From Minisyncoccia bacterium (GTDB taxonomy: Bacteria > Patescibacteriota > Minisyncoccia > Phycocordibacterales > Zambryskibacteraceae): a DNA stretch of 50,850 nt. Below, piece by piece: positions 18,404 through 28,809 of this stretch; position 1 is the first letter of the stretch, and each line of letters opens with the position of its first letter. Position numbers and translations under genes: made by a program. Under the pieces are notes generated by a model. It saw only the letters and a program-made list of their open reading frames with translations. It was not told the origin of the DNA and made no database searches. The DNA is taken from contig JBASCT010000021.1 in NCBI GenBank assembly GCA_049651785.1, positions 1-50,850 on the forward strand, written 5' to 3'.

Positions 18404-20029
18404 ATGCAGTCCAGGGAAATCAGGGAGAAATTCTTGGAGTTCTTCCGCGAGCGGGGTCACACGCCGGTACCCTCCTCATCGCTCGTGCCGCAAAACGATA
18501 CTTCGGTCCTCTTTACTACTGCCGGCATGCAGCAGTTTAAGCCGTATTATCTGGGAAAGGCAGATGCCGAAAACGCCTTCGGCTCGAAAAATGTCGCTTC
18601 CGCCCAAAGATGTCTTCGCACCTCCGACATCGAGGAGGTGGGGGACGAGCGGCACCTGACATTCTTCGAAATGCTCGGCAATTTCAGTTTCGGCGGTTAT
18701 TGGAAAAAAGAGGCCATAGAATATGCCCATGAATTCGTGACGAAAGTTATGGGTTTAAAAATAGATTATGTCACTGTTTTCGAAGGAGAAATGAGCGTGC
18801 CGAAAGATGCGGAATCGGAAGCGATTTGGAAAAAACTTGACCCGAGTCTAGAAGTCAAAGCTTTCGGACGCGCCGATAACTTCTGGGGTCCGACGGGAGA
18901 AGAAGGACCCTGCGGACCGACCACGGAAATTTATGTGGATGGCATAGAAATCTGGAATATCGTCTTCAACGAGTTCTATCAGAATAGAGATAAAACTTTA
19001 AAGCCCCTTGAGATTAAGGGCATCGATACGGGCATGGGGCTCGAACGTCTCACCAAGGTGGTGCAGAAGGTGCCAACCGTTTTCGACACGGACCTTTTCA
19101 AGAAGCTTATAACTATTCTGCCGAAGCTTACGAACGAAAAGAAGAAACGAATTCTCGCCGATCACTCGCGCGCCATCTCTTTTCTTATAAACGACGGTGT
19201 CGTGCCGGAGAATAAGGGCGCCGGCTACATCTTGCGCCGCCTCTTACGCCGAATCCTCGCCCAATTTACCGAAACGGAAGTTAAGCTTGGACTCAATATC
19301 ACGACCGCGAGCTTTCCCGAACTCAACCGCGATCTTATCTGGAAGGTTGTGGCTGAGGAGAGGGCGCAATTTATGGCAGCACTAGAGCTCGGCAAAAAGG
19401 AGCTTGACCGACTTAGCACAATTACCCCGCAGGCGGCCTTTGGCCTCTACAACACCTTCGGCTTGCCTTTCGATGTTATCCGCGACAAATTTCCGGAACT
19501 CGAGCAAGCGGAATTCGAAAAGGAATTCGCCAAGCACCGGGAAGTGTCCTCGGCCGGCATGGAACAAAAGTTTAAAGGCGGGCTCGCGGGCACAAGCGAC
19601 GCGGAAGTGAAGTTCCATACGGCAACGCACCTCCTGCACCAAGCGCTGCGGACGGTCCTCGGTCCGGAAACTTTTCAGCGTGGCTCGAATATTACTCCCG
19701 AGCGCCTGCGCTTCGACTTCGCTTTCCCGAGGAAACTCACGGAAGAAGAAAAGCAAAAAGTAGAGAATCTGGTCAACGAAAAAATACGAGAAGCCCTGAT
19801 AGTCTCCCACGAAGACATTCCTCTCGCGGAGGCTGAGAAGAGAGGTGCCATTGGACTTTTCGAAGAGAAATACGGTGACAAGGTCAGAGTTTATAAAATC
19901 GGGGACTTCAGCCTTGAATTCTGTGGCGGACCGCACGTGGAAAACACTCGTGTTCTCGGCCGATTCCGCATTATTAAAGAAGAAGCGGTCTCCCAAGGGA
20001 CGCGAAGGATAAAAGCTATTTTGGAATAG
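18404..20029 (+). CDS. alaS: Alanyl-tRNA synthetase, compact form lacking C-Ala domain
   Basis: FTTAGMQQFKPYYLG, FEMLGNFSFG and DTGMGLERL in the catalytic core. Editing motifs HTATHLLHQALR and CGGPHV. ATG 18404 is preferred to TTG 18395 because TGaTATATT lies 7 nt upstream. Confidence 0.9.
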   Translation: MQSREIREKFLEFFRERGHTPVPSSSLVPQNDTSVLFTTAGMQQFKPYYLGKADAENAFGSKNVASAQRCLRTSDIEEVGDERHLTFFEMLGNFSFGGYWKKEAIEYAHEFVTKVMGLKIDYVTVFEGEMSVPKDAESEAIWKKLDPSLEVKAFGRADNFWGPTGEEGPCGPTTEIYVDGIEIWNIVFNEFYQNRDKTLKPLEIKGIDTGMGLERLTKVVQKVPTVFDTDLFKKLITILPKLTNEKKKRILADHSRAISFLINDGVVPENKGAGYILRRLLRRILAQFTETEVKLGLNITTASFPELNRDLIWKVVAEERAQFMAALELGKKELDRLSTITPQAAFGLYNTFGLPFDVIRDKFPELEQAEFEKEFAKHREVSSAGMEQKFKGGLAGTSDAEVKFHTATHLLHQALRTVLGPETFQRGSNITPERLRFDFAFPRKLTEEEKQKVENLVNEKIREALIVSHEDIPLAEAEKRGAIGLFEEKYGDKVRVYKIGDFSLEFCGGPHVENTRVLGRFRIIKEEAVSQGTRRIKAILE

Positions 20030-20056
20030 CCCAGGATAAGCTATAATCTAGAAGCG

Positions 20057-21403
20057 ATGAAACACCTTGAAGACATGATTGTACCCGAGCGCAAGAGAAC
20101 CATCAGGAATATTCCCATTCCCGAAAGTCGCCGCAAACTCTCCGATGTCGCGCCGTCTTTTCCACCCCGCCCAGAGTCAGCGCCACCCCCTCCGCCCAAA
20201 ACTTCTCTCGAATCGGATACTCAGGAATTCGATTTTCACAGAACAGGCGCGCGTTTCCCGAAGCTCCCGGGCAAAAGGGCTTGGATTGCCATCGGTCTTG
20301 GCGCGATGCTTGTTTTCATCTTTATCTTGCTCTCCATCTTCGATGGCGCCACTTTCTCCTACACACCGAAGTCGGCGGCCGTATCTTTCGAAGGGGAGGA
20401 ATACAGTGCCACCAAGTCCGGCGCCGGACTAATATTTAGCGTCATCAAACTTTCCAAAGACAAGGGAAAGAGCCTCTCCGCCTCCGGTGAGGCCGAGGTG
20501 AGCCGCAAGTCGAGCGGTACTATCGTTGTCTACAACAATGCGACCAAAGAACCACAGAAACTCCGCGCCACCACCCGTTTCGAAACTGCCGATGGCAAAG
20601 TTTACAGAACCCAGAACGACATTTCTGTTCCCGGCAAAAAGCTTGTTGGCGGCAAGGAGGAGCCCGGCTCGGTTGAGGTGATGGTTTACGCCGATAAGCC
20701 CGGCGCCGAATACAACATCGGTCTTTCGGACTTTACCTTGCCGGGTCTCAAGGGCGGCTCTCTTTTCTCCAACGTTTACGCGCGCTCCAAGACGCCTATG
20801 ACGGGCGGCTTTGTCGGGACGGAGAAGGCGATAAGCGAGGTGGACAAGGCGAACGCCCGCGCCGAGCTTGAAGAAAGCTTGAAGGTCGAACTTCTTTCCG
20901 AAGCTAGAGCCCAGTCGCCGGAGGGATTCGTTATTTTACCAGACCTTTCGTCCTTCTCGTTTGAAGAATTGCCGCAGACCGAGTCCACAAACCGCTCGAG
21001 CGCCATGTTTAACCTTAGGGGTAATCTGGAAGGAGTTATGCTCAAGGCCGTCGATCTCTCGACTCACCTCGCGAGGGAAAAAGCGGCCCTCGCTCCCGGT
21101 GACTTGGTCGATCTCTTTTCTCTTGAAGAACTCGACTTCGCCTTCGCCGAAGGCTCGAGCTCGAGTGCCCTCTCCGCCGACGAAATAAGCTTTACCGTCT
21201 CTGGCAGCGCCACGGCAGTTTGGCGCACGGATGAGACCGCTCTCAAATCGGATCTTCTCGGTAAGTCGAAGAAAGAGATAAACGCCATTCTTAATAATTA
21301 TCCGACGGTCGAGAGCGCCAATGTTGCCTTGAGACCCTTTTGGAAAACTTCGTTTCCGCGAGACGGCGAAGATATCTTAATCAAAAAGCTCGACGTTAAA
21401 TAG
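20057..21403 (+). CDS. Hypothetical membrane-anchored protein, 448 aa
   Basis: Pro-rich N-terminus, single TM ([20 protein letters not shown]), large extracytoplasmic domain. TATAAT lies 9 nt upstream of the ATG. Confidence 0.6.
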   Translation: MKHLEDMIVPERKRTIRNIPIPESRRKLSDVAPSFPPRPESAPPPPPKTSLESDTQEFDFHRTGARFPKLPGKRAWIAIGLGAMLVFIFILLSIFDGATFSYTPKSAAVSFEGEEYSATKSGAGLIFSVIKLSKDKGKSLSASGEAEVSRKSSGTIVVYNNATKEPQKLRATTRFETADGKVYRTQNDISVPGKKLVGGKEEPGSVEVMVYADKPGAEYNIGLSDFTLPGLKGGSLFSNVYARSKTPMTGGFVGTEKAISEVDKANARAELEESLKVELLSEARAQSPEGFVILPDLSSFSFEELPQTESTNRSSAMFNLRGNLEGVMLKAVDLSTHLAREKAALAPGDLVDLFSLEELDFAFAEGSSSSALSADEISFTVSGSATAVWRTDETALKSDLLGKSKKEINAILNNYPTVESANVALRPFWKTSFPRDGEDILIKKLDVK

Positions 21404-21405
21404 CA

Positions 21406-21627
21406 ATGGCTCAAGGCAAAAATCCTGATTTGGAAAAGACCGGTGTCGTCACCGAATCGTTGCCGAATATAATGTTTCGAGTGAAGCTCGATGAGACCGG
21501 CGAAGAGGTGCTCTCTTACCTTTCCGGCAAAATGCGGCTTAATCGCATCAGGGTCCTTGTGGGGGACAGGGTGCTTCTGGAACTTGAGCCATACGGCGGT
21601 AAAGCCAGAATTATCAAACGTCTCTAG
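21406..21627 (+). CDS. infA: Translation initiation factor IF-1
   Basis: 73 aa. G.V.E.LPN.MFRV.L......L.YLSGKMR...IR...GD.V S1-like pattern. Confidence 0.9.
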   Translation: MAQGKNPDLEKTGVVTESLPNIMFRVKLDETGEEVLSYLSGKMRLNRIRVLVGDRVLLELEPYGGKARIIKRL

Positions 21628-21664
21628 ACAGAAAAGCCGGTTCGGGTTAGAATCGAGACCTGTT

Positions 21665-21781
21665 ATGAAAGTTAAGGCGGCGGTCAGGAAGCTCTGTGCC
21701 AAGTGCCAAATAGTCCGAAGAAAGGGCTATGTTTACGTTACCTGCAAAGCCAATCCGAGGCATAAACAAAGACAAGGTTAG
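21665..21781 (+). CDS. rpmJ: 50S ribosomal protein L36
   Basis: [38 protein letters not shown], 38 aa. Internal ATG of track ORF 21491..21781. Confidence 0.9.
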   Translation: MKVKAAVRKLCAKCQIVRRKGYVYVTCKANPRHKQRQG

Positions 21782-22159
21782 ATGAGAGTACTCGGCATCA
21801 CCATTCCCGACCATAAGCGTCTTGAAATTGGGCTAACGGTCCTCTACGGCGTCGGCCGTTCGCGCGCCCGAAGCATTTTAAAGAAAGCCGGTGTTGAGTA
21901 CGGCAAGAAGCCCAAGGAGGTGAGCACGGAGGAAGAAAATAAGATCCGCGCCGCAATCGAAGGCCTGACTATCGAAGGTGACCTGAAGCGCGAGGTCGCT
22001 GGCAATGTCAAGAGACTCAAAGACATCAAGACCTACAGGGGCATGCGCCACCTGAGGAACTTGCCTGTGTATGGTCAGCGCACCAAGACCAACGCGAGAA
22101 CCAAGCGGGGCGCGAGAAAGACTATGGGTACCGGCAGAAAAGTAGCCGAGAAGAAATAG
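21782..22159 (+). CDS. rpsM: 30S ribosomal protein S13
   Basis: MRVLGITIPDHKRLEIGLTVLYGVGRSRA...YRGMRH. Operon position after rpmJ. Confidence 0.95.
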   Translation: MRVLGITIPDHKRLEIGLTVLYGVGRSRARSILKKAGVEYGKKPKEVSTEEENKIRAAIEGLTIEGDLKREVAGNVKRLKDIKTYRGMRHLRNLPVYGQRTKTNARTKRGARKTMGTGRKVAEKK

Positions 22160-22183
22160 TTCGACAAACTCACTATAAATAAA
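22160..22183 (+). promoter_or_regulatory. Conserved intercistronic spacer motif, copy 2
   Basis: ttcgacaaactcactataaataaa: exactly 24 nt from TAG of rpsM to ATG of rpsK. Confidence 0.7.
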
Positions 22184-22642
22184 ATGGGTAAAAAGCGAAT
22201 AGTAAAAACAGAAGAGGAATCCGCCGCAGCCGTCGTCAAGGGCGAGGCTCCTGCCGTTAAGGAAGGTGGCGACGAGTCGAAATCTTCCCGTCGCCGCGTC
22301 GACTCGGGCGTTCTTTATATAGAGTCAACTTACAACAATACTAAACTGACGCTCACCGACAACAAGTCGAACACCCTCGCCTGGTCATCGTCCGGTTCGC
22401 TCGGTTTCAAGGGCGCGAAGAAAGGCACCCCCTTCGCCGCCGCGAAAGTGGGCGAGACTCTGGCTCTGAAGGCCGCAAATATCGGTGTAAAGGAAGTCAG
22501 GGTTGTGGTCAACGGCGTTGGTTCCGGCCGCGAATCGGCGATCCGGGGCTTTATCTCAAAGGGTATTGGTCTTGTAAGTATTCAGGACAGGACCGCCGTG
22601 CCGCACAACGGACCGAAGCCCCCTAAACCAAGAAGAACCTAG
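22184..22642 (+). CDS. rpsK: 30S ribosomal protein S11
   Basis: The core YIESTYNNTKLTLTD..GNTLAWSSSGSLGFKGAKKGTPFAA is typical of S11, preceded by an N-terminal extension. Confidence 0.95.
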   Translation: MGKKRIVKTEEESAAAVVKGEAPAVKEGGDESKSSRRRVDSGVLYIESTYNNTKLTLTDNKSNTLAWSSSGSLGFKGAKKGTPFAAAKVGETLALKAANIGVKEVRVVVNGVGSGRESAIRGFISKGIGLVSIQDRTAVPHNGPKPPKPRRT

Positions 22643-22666
22643 TTCGATGCACTCACTATAAATAAT
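22643..22666 (+). promoter_or_regulatory. Conserved intercistronic spacer motif, copy 3
   Basis: ttcgatgcactcactataaataat: exactly 24 nt from TAG of rpsK to ATG of rpsD. Confidence 0.7.
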
Positions 22667-23272
22667 ATGAAAATAGGACCGAAATACAAAATTGCCAGAC
22701 GCTTGGGAGCCCCAGTCTTCGAGAAGACCCAAACGCCCAAATACACCCTCTCCCTCGCCAGGAAGGAGAAAAGCGGCAAGAGTTCCAAAAGACCGGCGAG
22801 CGAATTCGGCCAAGAGCTTCTTGAAAAGCAGAAGGCGCGCTACACCTACGGCATGAGCGAAAGGCAGTTCGGCAATTACGCCGGCCGAGCTCTCGGCGCC
22901 AAAGAGCCGGTGCAAAAACTTTTCTTGATGCTCGAGACTCGGCTCGACAACGCGCTCTATCGCGCCGGCTTCGCGAAGACTCGTGCCCAGGCGAGACAAG
23001 CCGCGAGCCACGGCCACACTCTCGTCAACGGCAAGCGTGTCACCATCCCTTCAATCCTTCTAAAGAAGGGGGATAAGGTCTCTATCCGACAGGGTTCCGT
23101 CTCCAGCCCGCTTTTCGCGGAGGTGGAGGAGAGGATGAAGACGGTTACCGTGCCGGCTTGGCTCAAGGTCGACCCCGCTCTTCGCGAGGCGACGGTCGAA
23201 GGGGAGCCGGTCTACGTCCCGCAGGAACACGTCTTCGATTTAGGCACTGTTATTGAATTCTATAACAGGTAG
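22667..23272 (+). CDS. rpsD: 30S ribosomal protein S4
   Basis: LE.RLDN.LYR.GFA.TR.QARQ...HGH..VNG motif set. Operon position. Confidence 0.95.
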   Translation: MKIGPKYKIARRLGAPVFEKTQTPKYTLSLARKEKSGKSSKRPASEFGQELLEKQKARYTYGMSERQFGNYAGRALGAKEPVQKLFLMLETRLDNALYRAGFAKTRAQARQAASHGHTLVNGKRVTIPSILLKKGDKVSIRQGSVSSPLFAEVEERMKTVTVPAWLKVDPALREATVEGEPVYVPQEHVFDLGTVIEFYNR

Positions 23273-23305
23273 TGTTATAATTAAAACCTTAATTTTTTAT
23301 ATTTT

Positions 23306-24268
23306 ATGGCAGATTACACAATACTTTTACCTTCCAAGCCAAAGGTCGTATTTGAGGAAAAGGAGAGCGGTGTTTTCGAAATAGAAGGTCTTTACCCTGG
23401 CTACGGTCACACGCTGGGAAACTCGCTTCGCCGCATCATCCTTTCGTCTCTGCCGGGTGTTGCTATCACTTCCGTAAAGATTACGGGGGTAAACCACGAG
23501 TTCTCGGTTATTGAGGGAGTGAAGGAAGATGTCGTGACGATTCTCTTAAATCTTAAGAAAATCCGTATGGGCTTCACCACCGACGAGCCGCAGACGCTCT
23601 ATCTTAAGGCCAAGGGCGAGAAGGTGATAAAAGCCTCCGACCTCGAGACTCCCGGACAGGTAGAAATCTTTACCCCCGACGAGGTTATTGCCACTCTTAC
23701 CGGCAAGAACGCTTCGCTTGAAATGGAGATAAAAGCGGAGAAGGGTCTGGGCTTCATGCCGAAGGAGATGATTGAGAAGTCCCGCGTCGATATCGGCACG
23801 ATTGCGCTCGACGGCATTTTCACCCCCATTCGTCGCGCAAGCTACGAAGTGGAGAACATGCGTGTCGGCGACAGGACCGATTTCAACAAACTCCGAATCT
23901 CCATCGAGACCGACGGTTCCATCTCGCCTTCGGCCGCCCTTACGCACGCGATAGAGATTATGATAAACCAGCTCAAGGCCATTGTCGGCTTCAGAGAAGA
24001 GGAGCCCGTTGTCGCCGACAGAATCGATAAAGAGGAGAAGACGAACGGGGCCGAAAGCGAAGTTGATCCGGAAGTGCTCAAGACCCGCGTTGAGTCGCTC
24101 GACATCTCCGTCCGCGCTCAGCACGCCCTTTCGCTTGCCAATATCCGCACGGTCGGCGGCTTGGCCAGGAAGAAAGAGAAAGACCTGCTTGAGATCGCGG
24201 GTCTTGGCGCCAAAGGTCTTCAGGAAATCAAGAAGGCCTTGGGTGAATTCGGTATCACGCTGAAGTAA
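23306..24268 (+). CDS. rpoA: DNA-directed RNA polymerase alpha subunit
   Basis: GYGHTLGNSLRRILLSSLPG-type N-terminal domain. C-terminal domain LDISVRAQHALSLANIRTVGGL. TGtTATAAT at 23273-23281. Confidence 0.95.
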   Translation: MADYTILLPSKPKVVFEEKESGVFEIEGLYPGYGHTLGNSLRRIILSSLPGVAITSVKITGVNHEFSVIEGVKEDVVTILLNLKKIRMGFTTDEPQTLYLKAKGEKVIKASDLETPGQVEIFTPDEVIATLTGKNASLEMEIKAEKGLGFMPKEMIEKSRVDIGTIALDGIFTPIRRASYEVENMRVGDRTDFNKLRISIETDGSISPSAALTHAIEIMINQLKAIVGFREEEPVVADRIDKEEKTNGAESEVDPEVLKTRVESLDISVRAQHALSLANIRTVGGLARKKEKDLLEIAGLGAKGLQEIKKALGEFGITLK

Positions 24269-24616
24269 ATGAGACACCACAAGGCCAACAGAAAATTCGG
24301 ACGGGAAAGAAACCAGAGGCGAGCCCTGATGCGCTCGCTCGCGTACTCTCTGGCCCTGCGGGGGAAGATTAAGACAACGGAGCCGAAGGCAAAAGAGCTC
24401 CGTCCCTATATGGAAAAGTTGATAACCCTCGGCAAGAAACAAACCCTTGCCTCGCGCCGCGAACTCGAGAGTCGAGTCGGCAAAGAGACCGCGAAAAAGA
24501 TTGCTCTGGAGCTCTCACGGACTTATAAAGACAGGTCCGGCGGCTACACCCGAGTGGTTAAGCTCGCTCCGAGAGCTTCGGATGCAAGCAAGATGGCGAT
24601 TATAGAATTTGTATAA
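24269..24616 (+). CDS. rplQ: 50S ribosomal protein L17
   Basis: MRHHKANRKFGRERNQRRALMRSLA...T..KAKELRP. Starts on the base after the rpoA stop. Confidence 0.95.
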   Translation: MRHHKANRKFGRERNQRRALMRSLAYSLALRGKIKTTEPKAKELRPYMEKLITLGKKQTLASRRELESRVGKETAKKIALELSRTYKDRSGGYTRVVKLAPRASDASKMAIIEFV

Positions 24617-24618
24617 AT

Positions 24619-24966
24619 ATGAAGAAGCACGTCATAGACGCCAAAGGGAGAGTCCCGGGAAGAGTCGCGACAGAGGTGGCGGTTATTCTCATGGGCAAGA
24701 ATCGCGCCGACTTCGCGAGAAACAGAATTCCCGAAGTTGAGGTTGAAGTGGTCTCCGCCGCCCAAATGTCGCTCTCGCCCAAGAAACTGAAGGAGAAGAT
24801 GTATTACACCCACTCGGGCTACCCGGGCAACCTTAAGGCCCGCTCGCTTTCAGAGGTGGTCGCGACCAAGGGTGCTCGCGAAGTTCTCCGCCGCGCGATC
24901 TACGGCATGTTGCCGAAGAATAAGCTTCGCCCGAGGATGATGAAGAACCTCAAGATCAAGGAATAG
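24619..24966 (+). CDS. rplM: 50S ribosomal protein L13 (compact, 115 aa)
   Basis: GR.A..VA..L.GK......P and YY.HSGYPG...A...Y.MLPKN signatures. Confidence 0.9.
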   Translation: MKKHVIDAKGRVPGRVATEVAVILMGKNRADFARNRIPEVEVEVVSAAQMSLSPKKLKEKMYYTHSGYPGNLKARSLSEVVATKGAREVLRRAIYGMLPKNKLRPRMMKNLKIKE

Positions 24967-24990
24967 TTCGACAAACTCACCATAAATAAC
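24967..24990 (+). promoter_or_regulatory. Conserved intercistronic spacer motif, copy 4
   Basis: ttcgacaaactcaccataaataac: exactly 24 nt from TAG of rplM to ATG of rpsI. Confidence 0.7.
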
Positions 24991-25386
24991 ATGACGGAGA
25001 AACACAAATACATTGAGGCAGTAGGGAGGAGAAAGACGAGCGTCGCGCGCGTGCGTCTTGCTGCCGCTTCGAAGACCTCTATTCTGGTCAACGAAAAGTC
25101 TTTTGAAACATATTTCCCGACCCAAGCTCTCCGCCACGCTATCATGTCGGTCTTTGAACACACTCCGGAGAAATTCAGCATCACGGCAAAGCTTAAAGGC
25201 GGCGGGACGGCTTCCCAGGCCGAGGCTCTGCGCCACGGCATTGCCCGCTCGCTCGTCTCGCTCGACCACAATCTCCGCACCAAGCTAAAAACCAGGGGGT
25301 TCCTGAAACGCGACCCGCGCGCTAAAGAGCGCCGAAAGTTCGGCCTCAAGAAAGCGCGCAAAGCACCACAGTGGAGTAAGCGATAA
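24991..25386 (+). CDS. rpsI: 30S ribosomal protein S9
   Basis: GRRKTSVARV...GGG.SGQA.A.RHGIARAL...LTRD.R..ERKK.G..KARK..Q.SKR pattern. Confidence 0.95.
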   Translation: MTEKHKYIEAVGRRKTSVARVRLAAASKTSILVNEKSFETYFPTQALRHAIMSVFEHTPEKFSITAKLKGGGTASQAEALRHGIARSLVSLDHNLRTKLKTRGFLKRDPRAKERRKFGLKKARKAPQWSKR

Positions 25387-25392
25387 AAGCAA

Positions 25393-25917
25393 ATGAAGGA
25401 GGAAAACGATGACATCGTGATAGAAGAAGATCCGGAGTCAGAGGCCTCGCCGAACACCGAAAAGAAGCTCCGAGAAAGACTGAAGGAAGCCGAGGCCAAA
25501 GCAAAGGAACACTTAGACGGCTGGCAGAGAGCCCAGGCGGACTTTGTGAATCTCCGCCGCCGCGACGAGGAGGCCAAGGCCGAGTTCGTTAAATTCGCAA
25601 ACCTCTCTCTTATCGAGGAACTTATCCCGGTTCTCGACAGTTTCCAGGCCGGTCTCTCCCAGGGGCTCGAGAACCTGCGGCCGCCGTATCTTCAGCTCCT
25701 TGCGGCGCTGAAAGCGGCGGGGCTTGAAGAAGTCGAGCCCTTGGGCAAAAGGTTTAGTCCGCATGAACACGAGGCGATGGCGACGGTGCCGACAGAAAAT
25801 AGCGGTGACGACCACAAAGTACTTGAAGTTTTACAAAAAGGATATAAATTAAATGGCAAACTTGTGCGTCCGGCGAAGGTCAAAGTCGGAGAATTTATAA
25901 GCAAGAACAATAAATAA
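25393..25917 (+). CDS. grpE: Nucleotide exchange factor GrpE
   Basis: [18 protein letters not shown] and HEAMA...[14 protein letters not shown] motifs. Upstream of dnaK. Confidence 0.9.
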   Translation: MKEENDDIVIEEDPESEASPNTEKKLRERLKEAEAKAKEHLDGWQRAQADFVNLRRRDEEAKAEFVKFANLSLIEELIPVLDSFQAGLSQGLENLRPPYLQLLAALKAAGLEEVEPLGKRFSPHEHEAMATVPTENSGDDHKVLEVLQKGYKLNGKLVRPAKVKVGEFISKNNK

Positions 25918-25918
25918 T

Positions 25919-27817
25919 ATGGCAAAAATCATTGGGATAGATCTAGGAACGACAAATTCGGCCGTAGCGGTCATGGAAGCCGGCCAGCCGAAAATTATCG
26001 AGAACGCCGAGGGGGCGCGAACGACCCCCTCGATTGCAGCGGTCTCAAAGACGGGCGACCGCCTGGTGGGACTCCTCGCGAAGCGTCAGGCCGTAACCAA
26101 TCCGAAGAACACCGTCTTCGGCATCAAGCGCTTTATCGGCCACACTTTCGCCGACCCTGGCGTAGAGAAGGATAAAGCAACCGTCCCCTACGAGGTTAAG
26201 GCTGGTCCGAACGGCGGGGTGCTCGTCCGGCTCGCGGACAAAGATTATCGTCCCGAAGAAGTCTCCGCGATGATTTTACAGAAATTGAAGACCGACGCCG
26301 AAGCGAAGCTCGGTGAAAAGATTACCGAAGCGATTATCACGGTGCCGGCCTACTTCAACGACTCCCAGCGCCAGGCGACTAAGGACGCGGGGCAGATCGC
26401 GGGGCTCGACGTCAAGCGCATTATCAACGAGCCGACCGCCGCCGCTCTCGCTTACGGCTTTAATAAAAAGAAGAATGAAAAGATTGCCGTCTTCGATTTC
26501 GGCGGCGGGACCTTCGACATCTCGATTCTGGAAGTGGGAGACGATGTCGTGGAGGTCAAATCAACCGACGGCGACTCACACCTCGGCGGCAGGGACATCG
26601 ACCAGAAGGTTCTCAACTACATCGCGGGAGAGTTTAAGAAAGAGTCCGGTATTGATGTGCGCTCCGACGCTCTGGCCCTCCAGCGCCTGGACGAAGCCGC
26701 CGAGAAGGCAAAAATCGAGCTTTCGACCGCAACCGAGACGGAAATAAATATTCCCTTCGTAACTTCCGACGCTTCCGGTCCGAGGCACCTCTTAATGAAG
26801 CTCTCGAGGGCGAAGCTTGAAGAACTTTCGCGCGAGTTCGTCGACCGCGCCATGGAGATTACCAAGCGGGCGATGGAGGCCTCGCCCTTTAAAACGGGCG
26901 ATCTTCACGAAGTGATTCTCGTCGGCGGCCAGACTCGTCAGCCCCTGATAGTAGAGGCGGTGAGAAAATTCTTCGGCAAGGAGCCGAACAAGTCCATCAA
27001 CCCCGACGAAGTCGTCGCTCTCGGCGCCGCGATTCAAGGAGGAATTCTCGCTGGTGATGTTAAGGATGTTTTGCTTCTCGATGTTATTCCGCTCTCTTTG
27101 GGAATCGAGACCATGGGCGGCGTGGCAACGAAACTTATAGAGAAGAACACGACAATTCCCTCGGCGAAGGCGCAAGTTTTCTCCACCGCCGCCGATAGCC
27201 AGACTTCCGTCGAGATTCACATCGTTCAGGGCGAGCGCGCGATGGCCGCGGACAACAAGTCGCTCGGTCGCTTTATCCTCGACGGCATTCCGCCCGCGCC
27301 TCGCGGTGTGCCACAGGTTGAGGTTACTTTCGACGTTGATGCTAACGGTATTTTGAGTGTAAAAGCGAAGGACAAAGCGACGGGCAAGGAGCAGTCTATC
27401 AGGATTGAGGCAAGCTCAGGGCTCTCAAAGGCCGATATTGAGAAGATGCAGAAGGACGCCGAGATGAACGCCGCCGATGACCAGAAGAAAAAGGACTTGG
27501 TCGAGGCCAAAAACTTGGCCGAGCAGATTATCTATACCGCCGAGAAGGCGCTCAAGGACAGCCCGACTGTGCCTGAAGATATTAAAACCGCGGTCAATGA
27601 CAAAGTCTCGGCGCTCAAGAAAGAGCGTGAGAGCGGTACCGTCGATTCTATTAAAGCCGCGACCGAAGCGCTCTCGACCGAGATGCAGAAAATCGGCGAA
27701 TATCTCTCGAAGAATCCGCCGCCCGCCTCTGCCGGAGGCTCCGGCGCGCCGAAGCAGGAGGGCGAGGTAAAAGATGCCGAAGTCGGGGACGAGCCGAAAG
27801 AAGAGGGTAACAAGTAA
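25919..27817 (+). CDS. dnaK: Molecular chaperone DnaK (Hsp70)
   Basis: [18 protein letters not shown] and VILVGGQTR signatures. 632 aa. Confidence 0.97.
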   Translation: MAKIIGIDLGTTNSAVAVMEAGQPKIIENAEGARTTPSIAAVSKTGDRLVGLLAKRQAVTNPKNTVFGIKRFIGHTFADPGVEKDKATVPYEVKAGPNGGVLVRLADKDYRPEEVSAMILQKLKTDAEAKLGEKITEAIITVPAYFNDSQRQATKDAGQIAGLDVKRIINEPTAAALAYGFNKKKNEKIAVFDFGGGTFDISILEVGDDVVEVKSTDGDSHLGGRDIDQKVLNYIAGEFKKESGIDVRSDALALQRLDEAAEKAKIELSTATETEINIPFVTSDASGPRHLLMKLSRAKLEELSREFVDRAMEITKRAMEASPFKTGDLHEVILVGGQTRQPLIVEAVRKFFGKEPNKSINPDEVVALGAAIQGGILAGDVKDVLLLDVIPLSLGIETMGGVATKLIEKNTTIPSAKAQVFSTAADSQTSVEIHIVQGERAMAADNKSLGRFILDGIPPAPRGVPQVEVTFDVDANGILSVKAKDKATGKEQSIRIEASSGLSKADIEKMQKDAEMNAADDQKKKDLVEAKNLAEQIIYTAEKALKDSPTVPEDIKTAVNDKVSALKKERESGTVDSIKAATEALSTEMQKIGEYLSKNPPPASAGGSGAPKQEGEVKDAEVGDEPKEEGNK

Positions 27818-27839
27818 TGGTTCGACCAGCTCACCATAA
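27818..27839 (+). promoter_or_regulatory. Conserved intercistronic spacer motif, copy 5 (shorter)
   Basis: tggttcgaccagctcaccataa: 22 nt from TAA of dnaK to ATG of dnaJ. Keeps the TTCGA and CTCAC blocks. Confidence 0.65.
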
Positions 27840-28730
27840 ATGAAAGATTACTATAAAATTCTAGGGGTGGAGAAGAACGCCTCCGAAGAGGATATCAAGA
27901 AGGCCTTCAGGAAACTGGCGCACGCGTATCACCCGGACAAAGCTGGAGGTAATGAAGCGAAGTTTAAGGAAGCAAGCGAGGCCTACGCCGTGCTCTCGGA
28001 TAAAAAGAAGCGTGCCCAATACGACACCTTTGGCCAAGCGGGCGCCGGCGGTTTCCAAGGCGGTGCTTATGGCAACGCAGGATTTAATCCCTCCGACTTC
28101 GGCTTCGATTTCTCAAACTTCGGCAACGCCGGCTTTGACGCAGGCGACCTTGGCGATATTCTCTCCTCAATTTTCGGCGGTCGACGCGTCAGACGCGGTC
28201 GCGATATCGCCGTCGATATCGAACTCTCGTTTCAGGAATCAATTTTTGGCGCTGACCGCAAGGTTGTCATCAATTCAAAGTTTGTAAAACAAAAAGAAGT
28301 TTCCATAAGCGTTCCGCCCGGTATCGACGACGGGCAGATGATTCGCCTGAACGGGCAGGGAGAGCTGCTTGAAGGGGGAGTGCCCGGGGATCTTTATGTC
28401 AAAGTGCATGTGAGGAAGCACCCGTATCTTAGGAAGGAAGGTTACAATCTTTTGATGGACTTGGAGGTTAAGCTCTCCGAGGCGCTCCTCGGCTCCGAGA
28501 GAAAAATTCACACCCTAGACGGCGAGATAACTCTGAAGGTTCCCGCCGGTACCCGCCACGGTACGATTTTGAGGGTGAAGGGTAAGGGTGTGCCGCATGT
28601 CTCAATGCAGCCGGGCACTTCGAGCAAGGCCCGCGGTGACTTATATATCCGTATGTCTGTCCAGATTCCGGACAAACTTTCCAAAGAAACGAAGAAACTT
28701 ATCGAGGAGCTCAAAAAACTTGGACTCTAG
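27840..28730 (+). CDS. dnaJ: J-domain co-chaperone (DnaJ/CbpA type, no Cys-rich zinc-finger region)
   Basis: DYYKILGV...AYHPDK J domain, G/F-rich linker, C-terminal substrate-binding repeats. No CxxCxGxG repeats seen. Confidence 0.85.
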   Translation: MKDYYKILGVEKNASEEDIKKAFRKLAHAYHPDKAGGNEAKFKEASEAYAVLSDKKKRAQYDTFGQAGAGGFQGGAYGNAGFNPSDFGFDFSNFGNAGFDAGDLGDILSSIFGGRRVRRGRDIAVDIELSFQESIFGADRKVVINSKFVKQKEVSISVPPGIDDGQMIRLNGQGELLEGGVPGDLYVKVHVRKHPYLRKEGYNLLMDLEVKLSEALLGSERKIHTLDGEITLKVPAGTRHGTILRVKGKGVPHVSMQPGTSSKARGDLYIRMSVQIPDKLSKETKKLIEELKKLGL

Positions 28731-28809
28731 CTAACTCTTGACATAGAGCCATATTTTATATTACAGTTGCCCGCGGAACGGGTTATATTGACCCAAAAGG
28801 AGCTTTGAA

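Noticed and set aside
22166-22180. The spacer motif contains ACTCACTATA, which matches the core of the phage T7 RNA polymerase promoter (TAATACGACTCACTATAG).
   Set aside because: The upstream recognition half (TAATACGA) is absent. Other copies read CTCACCACA or CTCACCATA. No single-subunit RNA polymerase gene is in the window. I treat this as a coincidence, and genome-wide data would settle it.
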